DNA from: Solirubrobacteraceae bacterium
GTDB lineage: Bacteria > Actinomycetota > Thermoleophilia > Solirubrobacterales > Solirubrobacteraceae
Direction of reading: 5' to 3'
Assembly (NCBI GenBank): GCA_036008605.1
Contig: DASYNL010000045.1
Span: 67,855 to 131,854 of the forward strand
Length of the DNA: 64,000 bases
Shown here: in pieces, positions 56,175-64,000 of the stretch
Layout: each line of letters starts with the position of its first letter
How positions within the stretch are numbered: position 1 is the first letter of the stretch
Position numbers and translations under genes: made by a program
Notes under the pieces: generated by a model
Database searches by the model: none
Told to the model about the DNA's origin: nothing
The model's input: only the letters and a program-made list of their open reading frames with translations

Positions 56175-56201
56175 TCAAGACCTGCCCCTTCGGGCCGATA
56201 A
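56175..56201 (+). promoter_or_regulatory. Sigma-28 promoter for the fliO-fliPQR-flhBAF operon
   Basis: TCAA-N15-GCCGATAA. Confidence 0.78.
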
Positions 56202-56234
56202 CCGGGGGCGACTCTTCCTCGGAGTCGTCCCTCG

Positions 56235-57026
56235 ATGACTAAGTTGACCCTTCCCCGTGCGGCCACGCAAGTGGTCGCCTTGCTGTGTTGCTGCCTGCTC
56301 GTGTGGGCCAGTCCCGCGTCGGCTTTCACTGCAGCCAACACCAAGAAGGGCACAGGCGAACAGACGCCGCTGAACCTTGGCTCGCCCAGCCCCGGGTCAC
56401 ACCCGAGCTCCGGCGGAGCCAGCATCGTGCGTACGATCGTTGGCCTGGCGATCGTGCTTGGCGTGATCTGGGGGCTTTCGTGGATCTTGCGCCAAGTCAA
56501 GGGAAGGCGCGATCCGCGTGTTGCCGCAACCGGCCTGACCAGCGTCGCCGCGTTGCCGCTCAGCTCCGGGCGCTCGGTGCACCTGGTCAGAGCCGGCAAC
56601 GACTATTTGCTGCTGGGTAGCGCCGAGCACGGCCTGATGCCGATCCACCGCTACACCGAGCAGCAGGCGCTCGAAGCGGGCTTGCTCTCGCCCGAGGAGC
56701 CCATGCAGCCGCGCAAACGCCGCATCAACCTCGGTCTGCTCGCCCCGCCCAGCTCGCAAGTTGACGATCTTCGGACGGGCTGGGCGGGGCCACATCAGGA
56801 AGGCGAGCATTGGTTGAGCGCACACGAGGGCAGTCGCTGGCCTGAGCGATCGGCAACCGCGCGGCCCGTGGCTCCACCCATGGCGGTGCTTCCGCGGAGC
56901 ACGCCTGAGCGACCCCGCCCCACGAGAACGCTCGAATCCGGCGAGCGGCAGAGCGACCCGATGCACATGCCCTCGGTGTCGTCGAGCCTGATCGAACGCC
57001 TGCGCGAACTGACGGTGCGCCGTTGA
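56235..57026 (+). CDS. fliO: Flagellar biosynthesis protein FliO
   Basis: TIVGLAIVLGVIWGLSWILR; LPLSSGRSVHLVRAGNDYLLLGSAE. Confidence 0.82.
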   Translation: MTKLTLPRAATQVVALLCCCLLVWASPASAFTAANTKKGTGEQTPLNLGSPSPGSHPSSGGASIVRTIVGLAIVLGVIWGLSWILRQVKGRRDPRVAATGLTSVAALPLSSGRSVHLVRAGNDYLLLGSAEHGLMPIHRYTEQQALEAGLLSPEEPMQPRKRRINLGLLAPPSSQVDDLRTGWAGPHQEGEHWLSAHEGSRWPERSATARPVAPPMAVLPRSTPERPRPTRTLESGERQSDPMHMPSVSSSLIERLRELTVRR

Positions 57027-57661
57027 ACCTCAGCTCCAGCAACTCCGTCCAAATCCTGCTGCTGGTCGCCGGCCTCACGCTCGTGCCGGCGATCCTCTTC
57101 ACGGTTACCGGCTTCAGCCGCATCTTGATCGTGCTCGGCTTCATCCGCTCTGCGATCGGCACCACCACCGAGCCGCCCAATCAGGTGCTCGTCGGGATCG
57201 CGCTGTTCTTGACGATCTTCGTGATGGCGCCCACCGTCGCCGCGATCAAGCGGGAGTCGGTCCAGCCGCTGATGGCCCATCAGATCAACACTGTCACCGC
57301 GCTCGAGCGCGCCGAGGAACCGATGCGCGAATTCATGTTCCGCCAAACGCGAGCACAGGACATCGCGCTGTTCGTCAACCTCGCCAAAGCAAAGACGCCG
57401 CACACTCGCGCCGAAGTCCCGACCGAGGTGCTGATCCCGGCCTTCATCGTCTCCGAGCTCAACATCGCGTTTCAAATCGGCTTCTTGATCTTCCTGCCGT
57501 TCCTGATCATCGACCTGATCGTCTCGGCGACGCTGATGAGCATGGGCATGATCATGCTGCCGCCGACCTTCATCTCCTTGCCTTTCAAGATCCTGCTGTT
57601 CGTGCTCGTCGATGGCTGGGATCTGGTCATAAGAGCACTCGTCCAGAGCTTTCACACCTAG
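57023..57661 (+). CDS. fliP: Export gate protein FliP
   Basis: PPNQVLVGIALFLTIFVMAP; LIPAFIVSEL; MLPPTFISLPFKILLFVLVDGW. Confidence 0.96.
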   Translation: MNLSSSNSVQILLLVAGLTLVPAILFTVTGFSRILIVLGFIRSAIGTTTEPPNQVLVGIALFLTIFVMAPTVAAIKRESVQPLMAHQINTVTALERAEEPMREFMFRQTRAQDIALFVNLAKAKTPHTRAEVPTEVLIPAFIVSELNIAFQIGFLIFLPFLIIDLIVSATLMSMGMIMLPPTFISLPFKILLFVLVDGWDLVIRALVQSFHT

Positions 57662-57674
57662 GAGGCGTCGTGCC

Positions 57675-57947
57675 GTGAACCAGGACACCGTCGTCAACCT
57701 CGCTTCCCAGGCCATGAGCCTGGCGCTGAAGATCGCCGGACCGTTGCTGATCGTCGCGCTCGTCGCCGGGCTGGCGGTCAGCATCTTCCAGGCGGTCACA
57801 CAGATCCAAGAGCAAAGCCTCACGCTGATCCCAAAGATCATCGGCGTCGCCGCCGTGATGATCGTGCTCGGACCTTGGATGCTAGGCCAGCTCGTCGCCT
57901 ACACGACCGCTCTGTATACATCGATCCCCACGATGGTCGGCTCGTGA
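57675..57947 (+). CDS. fliQ: Export gate protein FliQ
   Basis: GLAVSIFQAVTQIQEQSLTLIPKI. Confidence 0.95.
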   Translation: MNQDTVVNLASQAMSLALKIAGPLLIVALVAGLAVSIFQAVTQIQEQSLTLIPKIIGVAAVMIVLGPWMLGQLVAYTTALYTSIPTMVGS

Positions 57948-58053
57948 ATCGAAGGAGCGACCAGCCCCCCGCGTCGGGCGTGCCTGTGGGCGCAGCGCCT
58001 CATGCGTCAGGCATGCCCGTAAGTGCACCGTTCCGGCGGGCAAGGGCGCACAC

Positions 58054-58833
58054 GTGAACGAACTGCTCAGGAAGCTGGCCGCCGGCGAGCTCGTCGGCTT
58101 CATCCTGGTGCTGGCACGCGTCACGCCGCTGTTCATCGTCGCGCCGCTGTTCTCCTCCTCACTGGTCCCCGCACGGGTGCGCGGCATCATCGCCGTCGGC
58201 ATCTCGATCGGGTTGACGCCAATCGCCATGCACGGCCAGCACATACCGAGCCAGCCGCTGGTCGTAGCCGAGCTCGTGATCGAGGGGTTGCTGGTCGGCC
58301 TCGGTTTTGCATTTACGCTCGCGATCCTGCTGGCGGCCCTCGAAACTGCTGGCGCGATGATCGACGTCGTCTCGGGCTTCTCTTACGGAGAACTGATCAA
58401 CCCGATGACCGGTCAGAACGGCGCCGTCATCTCGCGCTTCTACTCACTGGTCGGGACGATGGTCTTCCTGATGATCCATGGCGAAGCATGGACGTTGCGC
58501 GGGCTTGGGCGCACCTTCCAACTCGTTCCCCTGACAAGCGGCCCGCGCATGCCCTCGCTGATCGGCGGCGCCGAGCAGGCATTCGCCGGCCTCTTCACCT
58601 CGGCGCTTGAGATCGCCGGACCCGTGCTGGTCGCGCTGCTGATAACCGACGTGGCATTCGGCGTCGTCTCGCGCGTCGTGCCGCAGTTGAACGTGTTCGC
58701 CGTCGGCTTCCCGGTAAAGGTGGCGGTGGCTCTGCTCGTCGTCGCTGCCGCGCTGCCGTTCACGGCCAACTGGATCTCAGAACAAATGTCGGTGAGCGTG
58801 GGTGCAGCGCTGGGCGCGCTGCACGTGGCCTGA
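58054..58833 (+). CDS. fliR: Export gate protein FliR
   Basis: LARVTPLFIVAPLF; VPQLNVFAVGFPVK. Confidence 0.94.
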   Translation: MNELLRKLAAGELVGFILVLARVTPLFIVAPLFSSSLVPARVRGIIAVGISIGLTPIAMHGQHIPSQPLVVAELVIEGLLVGLGFAFTLAILLAALETAGAMIDVVSGFSYGELINPMTGQNGAVISRFYSLVGTMVFLMIHGEAWTLRGLGRTFQLVPLTSGPRMPSLIGGAEQAFAGLFTSALEIAGPVLVALLITDVAFGVVSRVVPQLNVFAVGFPVKVAVALLVVAAALPFTANWISEQMSVSVGAALGALHVA

Positions 58834-58836
58834 GAC

Positions 58837-59907
58837 ATGGCTCGCGACGAACGCACAGAGAAGGCCACACCCAAGCACCGCCAGCGCGCCCGCGAGAAGG
58901 GCCAGGTCGCGCGCAGCCCAGACCTCAGCGGCTCGCTCGTCCTGATCGCGGGCCTGCTCGCGCTCAGCGTGATGGGTCCGAAGATCGTCGAATCCGGGGC
59001 CACGACCTTTCGCGAAACGCTGCGCGACGTCGCCAACCCCGCCCGCGCCATAAGTGCCGCCGGCCTCAGCGAACTGATGCACACGGCACTCACGACGATC
59101 GTGCTCGCCGTAGCCCCGGTAGCGGGCGCCTGCCTGCTCGCCGGGCTGCTTGGGGGAGTCGCGCAGGTTGGCTTCAAGCCCACCGCGCAAGCACTGAAAC
59201 TCGACTTCCGCCGCATCAACCCGTCTGCGGGCGCGCGCAATCTGTTTGGCCCCAATGCGATCTTCGAAGCACTCAAGGCGATCGCCAAGGTCGCAGTCGT
59301 CGGGCTGGTCGCAGGTCTTGCCGTGTTGCCGGGCTTGACCACGTTGGCAGCCAAGGTCGGCATGCAACCGGCTGCGCTTGGCGCCCTGATGGGCGCAAGC
59401 GCCCTCTCGATCGCCCAGCACGCAGCCATGGCCTATCTGGTGATTGGGCTGCTCGACTATGCCTGGCGACGCTATCGCCACGAGAAGCAACTGCGCATGA
59501 CCAAGCAGGAGATCAAGGAGGAGACCCGCCAGTACGGCATCTCCGCCGAGGTCAAAACGGCTCAGCGCCGCCGTCAGATGCAAGCAGCGCGAGCGCGCAT
59601 GATGGCCGCGGTGCCCAAAGCCGACGTGGTCGTGACCAACCCGACCCACTACGCCGTTGCGCTGCTCTACGACGGCTCGCATACAGCACCGCTGCTAGTA
59701 GCCAAGGGCAAGGATTTGATCGCCGCCCAAATCAGACGTGTCGCCGAGGAAAACGACGTGCCCGTGATCAGCAATCCGCCGCTTGCCAGGGCGCTTCACT
59801 CCTCGACCGAGATCGGCCAGATGATCCCTCGAGAACTGTACGCAGCGGTCGCCCAGGTACTCGCCTTCGTCTACCGCCTGGCCGGGCGTAGGAGGCTCGC
59901 CTCGTGA
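58837..59907 (+). CDS. flhB: Export switch protein FlhB
   Basis: TEKATPKHR; ADVVVTNPTHYAVAL; YAAVAQVLAFVY. Confidence 0.96.
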   Translation: MARDERTEKATPKHRQRAREKGQVARSPDLSGSLVLIAGLLALSVMGPKIVESGATTFRETLRDVANPARAISAAGLSELMHTALTTIVLAVAPVAGACLLAGLLGGVAQVGFKPTAQALKLDFRRINPSAGARNLFGPNAIFEALKAIAKVAVVGLVAGLAVLPGLTTLAAKVGMQPAALGALMGASALSIAQHAAMAYLVIGLLDYAWRRYRHEKQLRMTKQEIKEETRQYGISAEVKTAQRRRQMQAARARMMAAVPKADVVVTNPTHYAVALLYDGSHTAPLLVAKGKDLIAAQIRRVAEENDVPVISNPPLARALHSSTEIGQMIPRELYAAVAQVLAFVYRLAGRRRLAS

Positions 59908-61961
59908 ACAACCCCACCGTCAAGCGCCTCTTGGGCCATACCGATCTGCTCGCCGCCGTCGCCGTCGTCTGCGTCGTGACGATGCTGGTCGTGCCGCTGC
60001 CGCCGGCGCTCCTGGACCTGCTGATCACGCTCAACATCTCCGCGGCGCTCACGATCGTCGTGGCCACGATGTACCTGGGCAAGGCGCTTGACTTCGCCTC
60101 CTTCCCAAGCCTGCTGCTGCTGACGACGATGTTCCGCCTGGCGATCAACGTGTCGGTCACGCGCCTGATCCTCACCACCGGCGACGCCGGCAGCGTCGTC
60201 AAATCCTTTGGCCAGTTCGTCGTCGGCGGCAACGTCGTCGTCGGTCTCGTCATCTTCCTGATCCTCGTGGTGATCCAGTTCGTGGTCGTCACCAACGGCG
60301 CCGGGCGCGTCGCCGAGGTCGGCGCGCGTTTCACGCTCGACGCGATGCCGGGCAAGCAGATGGCGATCGACGCCGACCTCAACGCTGGCCTGATCTCAGA
60401 CGACCAGGCGCGCGAACGACGCTCGGAGATCGCACGCGAGGCCGACTTCTACGGGGCGATGGACGGCGCCTCGAAGTTCGTCAAGGGCGACGCGATGGCG
60501 GCGGTCATCATCACCGCGATCAACCTCGTTGGCGGGATCGTCGTGGGCATGCTGCAGATGCATCTCGGCTTCGGCGAAGCCACCCAGAAGTATTCGCTGC
60601 TGACGGTCGGCGATGGGCTCGCTGCGCAGATCCCGGCGCTGCTGATCTCGGTCGCCACGGGCATAATCGTCACACGCGCAGCTTCTGACCGCGACCTGGG
60701 CAGCGACATCGCCGGCCAGATCCTCTCCCAGCGTCGGGCGCCGATGGTCGCGGCCGGCGCGATCGGCCTGTTCGCGCTGATCCCCGGCCTGCCGAAGCTG
60801 CCGTTCTTGTTCATAGCGGCGATCTTCGGCCTGATCGGCTGGGCGGTGCGCAACGGCATGCCCGAGGCGCAGGAGGCCGCCGCGGCAGCCGCCAAGGCCA
60901 AGGCTGCGGAGCTGGCCGCGCCAGCTCCCACCCCGGAGCCGCTCTCGGAGGTGGGCGTCGACGCGCTGGAGCTCGCGATCGGCTTCGGCCTCGTGCCGCT
61001 CGTCAACGGTGGCGCGCTGCTACGCCGCGTGAGCATGATTCGCCGTCAGATCGCCGGCGACCTCGGCCTCGTGATCCCGCCAGTGCGCATCCACGACGAG
61101 CTAGGCATGGAATCGCACGAGTACGTCCTGAAGGTGCGCGGCTCGGAGGTCACGCGCGGGCGCATCATGCCCGGGCACCTGCTGGCGATGGACCCGGGCG
61201 ATGCAAGCGCAACGCTACAGGGCATCCCAACGCGTGAGCCGGCCTTCGGCCTGGACGCGATGTGGGTACACGACTCCGGGCGAGCCGAGGCCGAGGCGCT
61301 CGGCTACACCGTCGTCGACGCCGAGTCGGTGATCGTCACACACTTGACCGAGACGATCCGCTCGCACGCCGCCGAGCTGCTCACGCGCCAAGACGTGCGT
61401 GCGCTACTTGACAAGCTCAAGGAGTCAAACGCCGCGGTCGTCGAGGAGGTCGTGCCTGACACGCTGTCGCTCGGGGAGATCCAACGCGTATTGCAACTGC
61501 TGCTCTCCGAGGGCGTGCCGATCCGCGACCTGGGCACAATCGTGGAGGCGATCGGCGACAAGGCGCGAATAACGCGAGACACGAACCTATTGTCCGAGTA
61601 CGCGCGCCAAGCCCTTGGCCGAGCGATCACCGCACCCCATCTGGACGAGGAGCTGCGTTTGCGCGCGATCACCTTGGACCCAGCGATCGAGCAGGAGGTT
61701 GCGACCTCGATAACCCAGACGGCAGACGGAGAGTATTTGGCGATGGACCCGCCAAGAGCACAGGCAATCGTCGGCGCGTTGCGGGCGCAAGTGGAGCACG
61801 CGAGCGGACGCGGCGTCAGACCGGTGCTGCTGTGCTCAGCGCGTGTGCGCCGCCACCTGCGTAGGCTGATCGCCCAGGCCCAGCCGCACCTGCCAGTCTG
61901 CTCCTACAACGAGATCGCACCGGGAATCAATGTTGAGACCATCGGCGTCATCCACGCATGA
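59904..61961 (+). CDS. flhA: Export gate protein FlhA
   Basis: RVAEVGARFTLDAMPGKQMAIDADL; FYGAMDGASKFVKGDA. Confidence 0.97.
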   Translation: MNNPTVKRLLGHTDLLAAVAVVCVVTMLVVPLPPALLDLLITLNISAALTIVVATMYLGKALDFASFPSLLLLTTMFRLAINVSVTRLILTTGDAGSVVKSFGQFVVGGNVVVGLVIFLILVVIQFVVVTNGAGRVAEVGARFTLDAMPGKQMAIDADLNAGLISDDQARERRSEIAREADFYGAMDGASKFVKGDAMAAVIITAINLVGGIVVGMLQMHLGFGEATQKYSLLTVGDGLAAQIPALLISVATGIIVTRAASDRDLGSDIAGQILSQRRAPMVAAGAIGLFALIPGLPKLPFLFIAAIFGLIGWAVRNGMPEAQEAAAAAAKAKAAELAAPAPTPEPLSEVGVDALELAIGFGLVPLVNGGALLRRVSMIRRQIAGDLGLVIPPVRIHDELGMESHEYVLKVRGSEVTRGRIMPGHLLAMDPGDASATLQGIPTREPAFGLDAMWVHDSGRAEAEALGYTVVDAESVIVTHLTETIRSHAAELLTRQDVRALLDKLKESNAAVVEEVVPDTLSLGEIQRVLQLLLSEGVPIRDLGTIVEAIGDKARITRDTNLLSEYARQALGRAITAPHLDEELRLRAITLDPAIEQEVATSITQTADGEYLAMDPPRAQAIVGALRAQVEHASGRGVRPVLLCSARVRRHLRRLIAQAQPHLPVCSYNEIAPGINVETIGVIHA

Positions 61962-63466
61962 GTAACGCCTCGGCAGCCGACGCAGGCTCGATTCACACCT
62001 ACCGCGGGCGCACGGTCGAGGAGTTGCTGCCCAAGATCCAGGACGAGCTCGGCGCAAACGCGATCATCGTGCGCCGCCGCGAGGGCCTGAGCGGCGGCAT
62101 CGCCGGCTTCTTCCAACGGCGCTTCGTCGAGCTCGATGCGACCGAGGGCGGCCCACAGATCGACGTGTACGACGAACAGGGCAGGAGCGCACCAGCAGCT
62201 TTCACGCCTGAGCGCGAACCTTCGCTCCACCAACGCCCCGCGCCGGAAGCAGAGGCGTTGAGCCCCCTCAACACCGCCTATGTGACCGAGCGCCTGGCTG
62301 CCCTTGCACGAGCGGGGCCGCTGGAGCCGCCACGCCTGCCCGCCGCTCGTCATGGAGGGCCACAAGCCGAGTCGACCGCGCACATGCCGCAAGAAAGGGC
62401 GGCCGTCGCAGAGCCAGGCGATCCGTTCGCGCTCATGCTGGAGCGCGCCTCGTCGCACGACGAGCCCGGGCGTGTGCAGACGCCGTGGCCTGACTCACGT
62501 ACGGCCTCCGACCCGCACATATTCCCCGGAGCAGGCAGGCTCGCGGACGAGACTCAGTTTGCAGGCGAGGACACGTTCTCTGACCTGGGCCGCCGAAGCA
62601 CACCCCCTTACCAGAGAACACCCCCCTTCCAGAGCACACCCACTGGGCCCAGCGACAACGCACCTTCGCGTGGACCCTCTTCACGGCAAGGTCGGGCGCC
62701 CAGGCCTTCCCGTGCGCAAGCGAAGATCCACGAGGGACTGCTCGCGCTTGGAGCAAGCGAGCAGTTCACCCAAGAGCTAATCGACGGCGCAGCCGTCCAC
62801 ATCCGCCCGTTCGCGCCGCGAGCCAGCCTCAGCCAGGCCGTGCGATCGGCCCTGACAGGGCGCATACCTATCGCGCCGCCGCTACCGGCGCGTGGCGCGG
62901 CAATCGTGCTGGTGGGCCCAGGCGGCGCCGGCAAGACGAGCTGCTGCGCCGCGCTGCTCGGTGCCTATCGCAGGGGCTCGGCACTGCCGGCAAGCTGCGC
63001 AACCCTGACCAGGACGCAGGCAAGCGGCGAGTTGCAAATGCTGCTCAGCCCCTATGTAATGAAGCCAACGTCGATCGACAGCACCCGCGCCGTGCGGGCA
63101 TTGCGCAAGACCAAGGGCGAGGGCTTGCTCGTGATCGACACGCCCCCCATCTCCCCAGGAGACCGCTCGGGGATACGCAAGCTGGCAAACCTGCTCGCGG
63201 GACTCGAGCCCGAGCGCATTGTCGTGGTGCTGCCAACCACGTTGAGCGCGGTCGCCGCGGCACAGCTGCTGGAGTCATTGGCACCCCTGAAGGCAAACGC
63301 GTTGGCACTGACGCACGCCGACGACACCGACCAGATCGGCATGGCGATCGAGGCCGCTTGCAAGTTCGGCCTGGCCCCCGAGTACATGCTGGGCCGCCCC
63401 CGCACGGGCGGCTGGACGGTCGGGAGGCTCGACCCGGCCGGGCTCGCGGCCAAGCTAGTGCAGTGA
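61958..63466 (+). CDS. flhF: FlhF-like SRP-family GTPase with degenerate motifs
   Basis: After flhA; N-terminal YRGRTVEELLPKIQDELGANAII; GPGGAGKT; DTPP and THADD replace DTAG and TKxDE. Confidence 0.72.
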   Translation: MSNASAADAGSIHTYRGRTVEELLPKIQDELGANAIIVRRREGLSGGIAGFFQRRFVELDATEGGPQIDVYDEQGRSAPAAFTPEREPSLHQRPAPEAEALSPLNTAYVTERLAALARAGPLEPPRLPAARHGGPQAESTAHMPQERAAVAEPGDPFALMLERASSHDEPGRVQTPWPDSRTASDPHIFPGAGRLADETQFAGEDTFSDLGRRSTPPYQRTPPFQSTPTGPSDNAPSRGPSSRQGRAPRPSRAQAKIHEGLLALGASEQFTQELIDGAAVHIRPFAPRASLSQAVRSALTGRIPIAPPLPARGAAIVLVGPGGAGKTSCCAALLGAYRRGSALPASCATLTRTQASGELQMLLSPYVMKPTSIDSTRAVRALRKTKGEGLLVIDTPPISPGDRSGIRKLANLLAGLEPERIVVVLPTTLSAVAAAQLLESLAPLKANALALTHADDTDQIGMAIEAACKFGLAPEYMLGRPRTGGWTVGRLDPAGLAAKLVQ

Positions 63467-63825
63467 GCCAGCAACGCGACTATGTTCGCCTCCAGGCCGA
63501 CCGCCCTGTGCTCGTCTATATGGGCAAGGATCGCCAGCCTGTCCACACCTATGCCGTCGATCTCTCTGGTGGCGGCCTGCTGCTCGCGGGTCCGCACGTG
63601 CTGGAGATCGACGAGGAGATCGAGTTTCAGTTGAATCTAGGTCCCGATCGCGAGCCGATCGTGGGGATGGGTAGGGTCGTGCGCAACGATTCTCGGGGGC
63701 GGCGTGCCATAGCCTTCAGCCAGATGAGCGACGGCAACCGTCGCCGTCTGGTGCGCTTCATCTTCGAGCGCGAACGCGCCGAGCGGCGGCGTATGCTGGA
63801 AGCCGATGAGCGCGACGGCACCTGA
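63463..63825 (+). CDS. PilZ-domain (c-di-GMP-binding) protein
   Basis: RDYVR (RxxxR) and DLSGGG (DxSxxG). Confidence 0.85.
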   Translation: MSQQRDYVRLQADRPVLVYMGKDRQPVHTYAVDLSGGGLLLAGPHVLEIDEEIEFQLNLGPDREPIVGMGRVVRNDSRGRRAIAFSQMSDGNRRRLVRFIFERERAERRRMLEADERDGT

Positions 63826-64000
63826 GGCACAAGCCCCAGTCGAGCCGCCTCCGGCGAGCGAGGGCTCCAAGCCCGTGACGACTGCACCCACGGCGCCACA
63901 GGAGGCGGCCGGCAAGCAGCCCAAGGGCAAGGCGTCCAAAGACAAGGACGCAAAGGGCAAGGACGTAAAGGGCAAGGACGTAAAGGGGAAGAAGGGCAAA
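63806..64000 (+). CDS. Partial hypothetical protein with KGKD repeats (runs off the window)
   Basis: MSATAPEAQAPVE..KDKDAKGKDVKGKDVKGKKGK; 15-nt repeats. Confidence 0.5.
   Translation, partial: MSATAPEAQAPVEPPPASEGSKPVTTAPTAPQEAAGKQPKGKASKDKDAKGKDVKGKDVKGKKGK

Overview
High-GC bacterial chromosome segment. Gene content and style suggest Actinomycetota, class Thermoleophilia / Solirubrobacterales-like (inference). It has three parts. (1) 1-6.66 kb, housekeeping: ybaB, dnaX, a GT-C-like membrane protein, a large Alu-domain (Bacillus-type) SRP RNA, an FKBP PPIase, an F420-dependent DDN-family reductase and tRNA-Val(CAC). (2) ~6.66-27.2 kb, an integrase-less mosaic accessory island at the tRNA 3' end. 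It carries an MNT-HEPN pair, a degenerate att-like repeat, and a self-sufficient 7-deazaguanine DNA-modification cluster (queC-queE-queD-folE2-dpdC-like-dpdA-dpdB). Instead of the canonical dpdD-K restriction genes, that cluster is followed by a second DGQHR protein and an HNH nuclease. The island also holds a co-directional padR-NBD-NBD-FtsX-type permease-YtpB/DUF2600 terpene synthase-iclR unit and several pseudogene fragments. (3) 27.2-64 kb, a large monoderm-type flagellar cluster (csrA-fliW through flhA-flhF-PilZ) with no flagellin, flgM or che genes in the window. It shows sigma-28-type promoters even before early genes, a FliM lacking the CheY-binding peptide but with two SpoA domains, a degenerate FlhF, a repeated AT-rich regulatory element, REP-like palindromes, and recurrent mini-ORFs bridging intergenic spacers with coupled start/stop overlaps at both ends. 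All assignments come from motif recognition by eye; no database searches were run.
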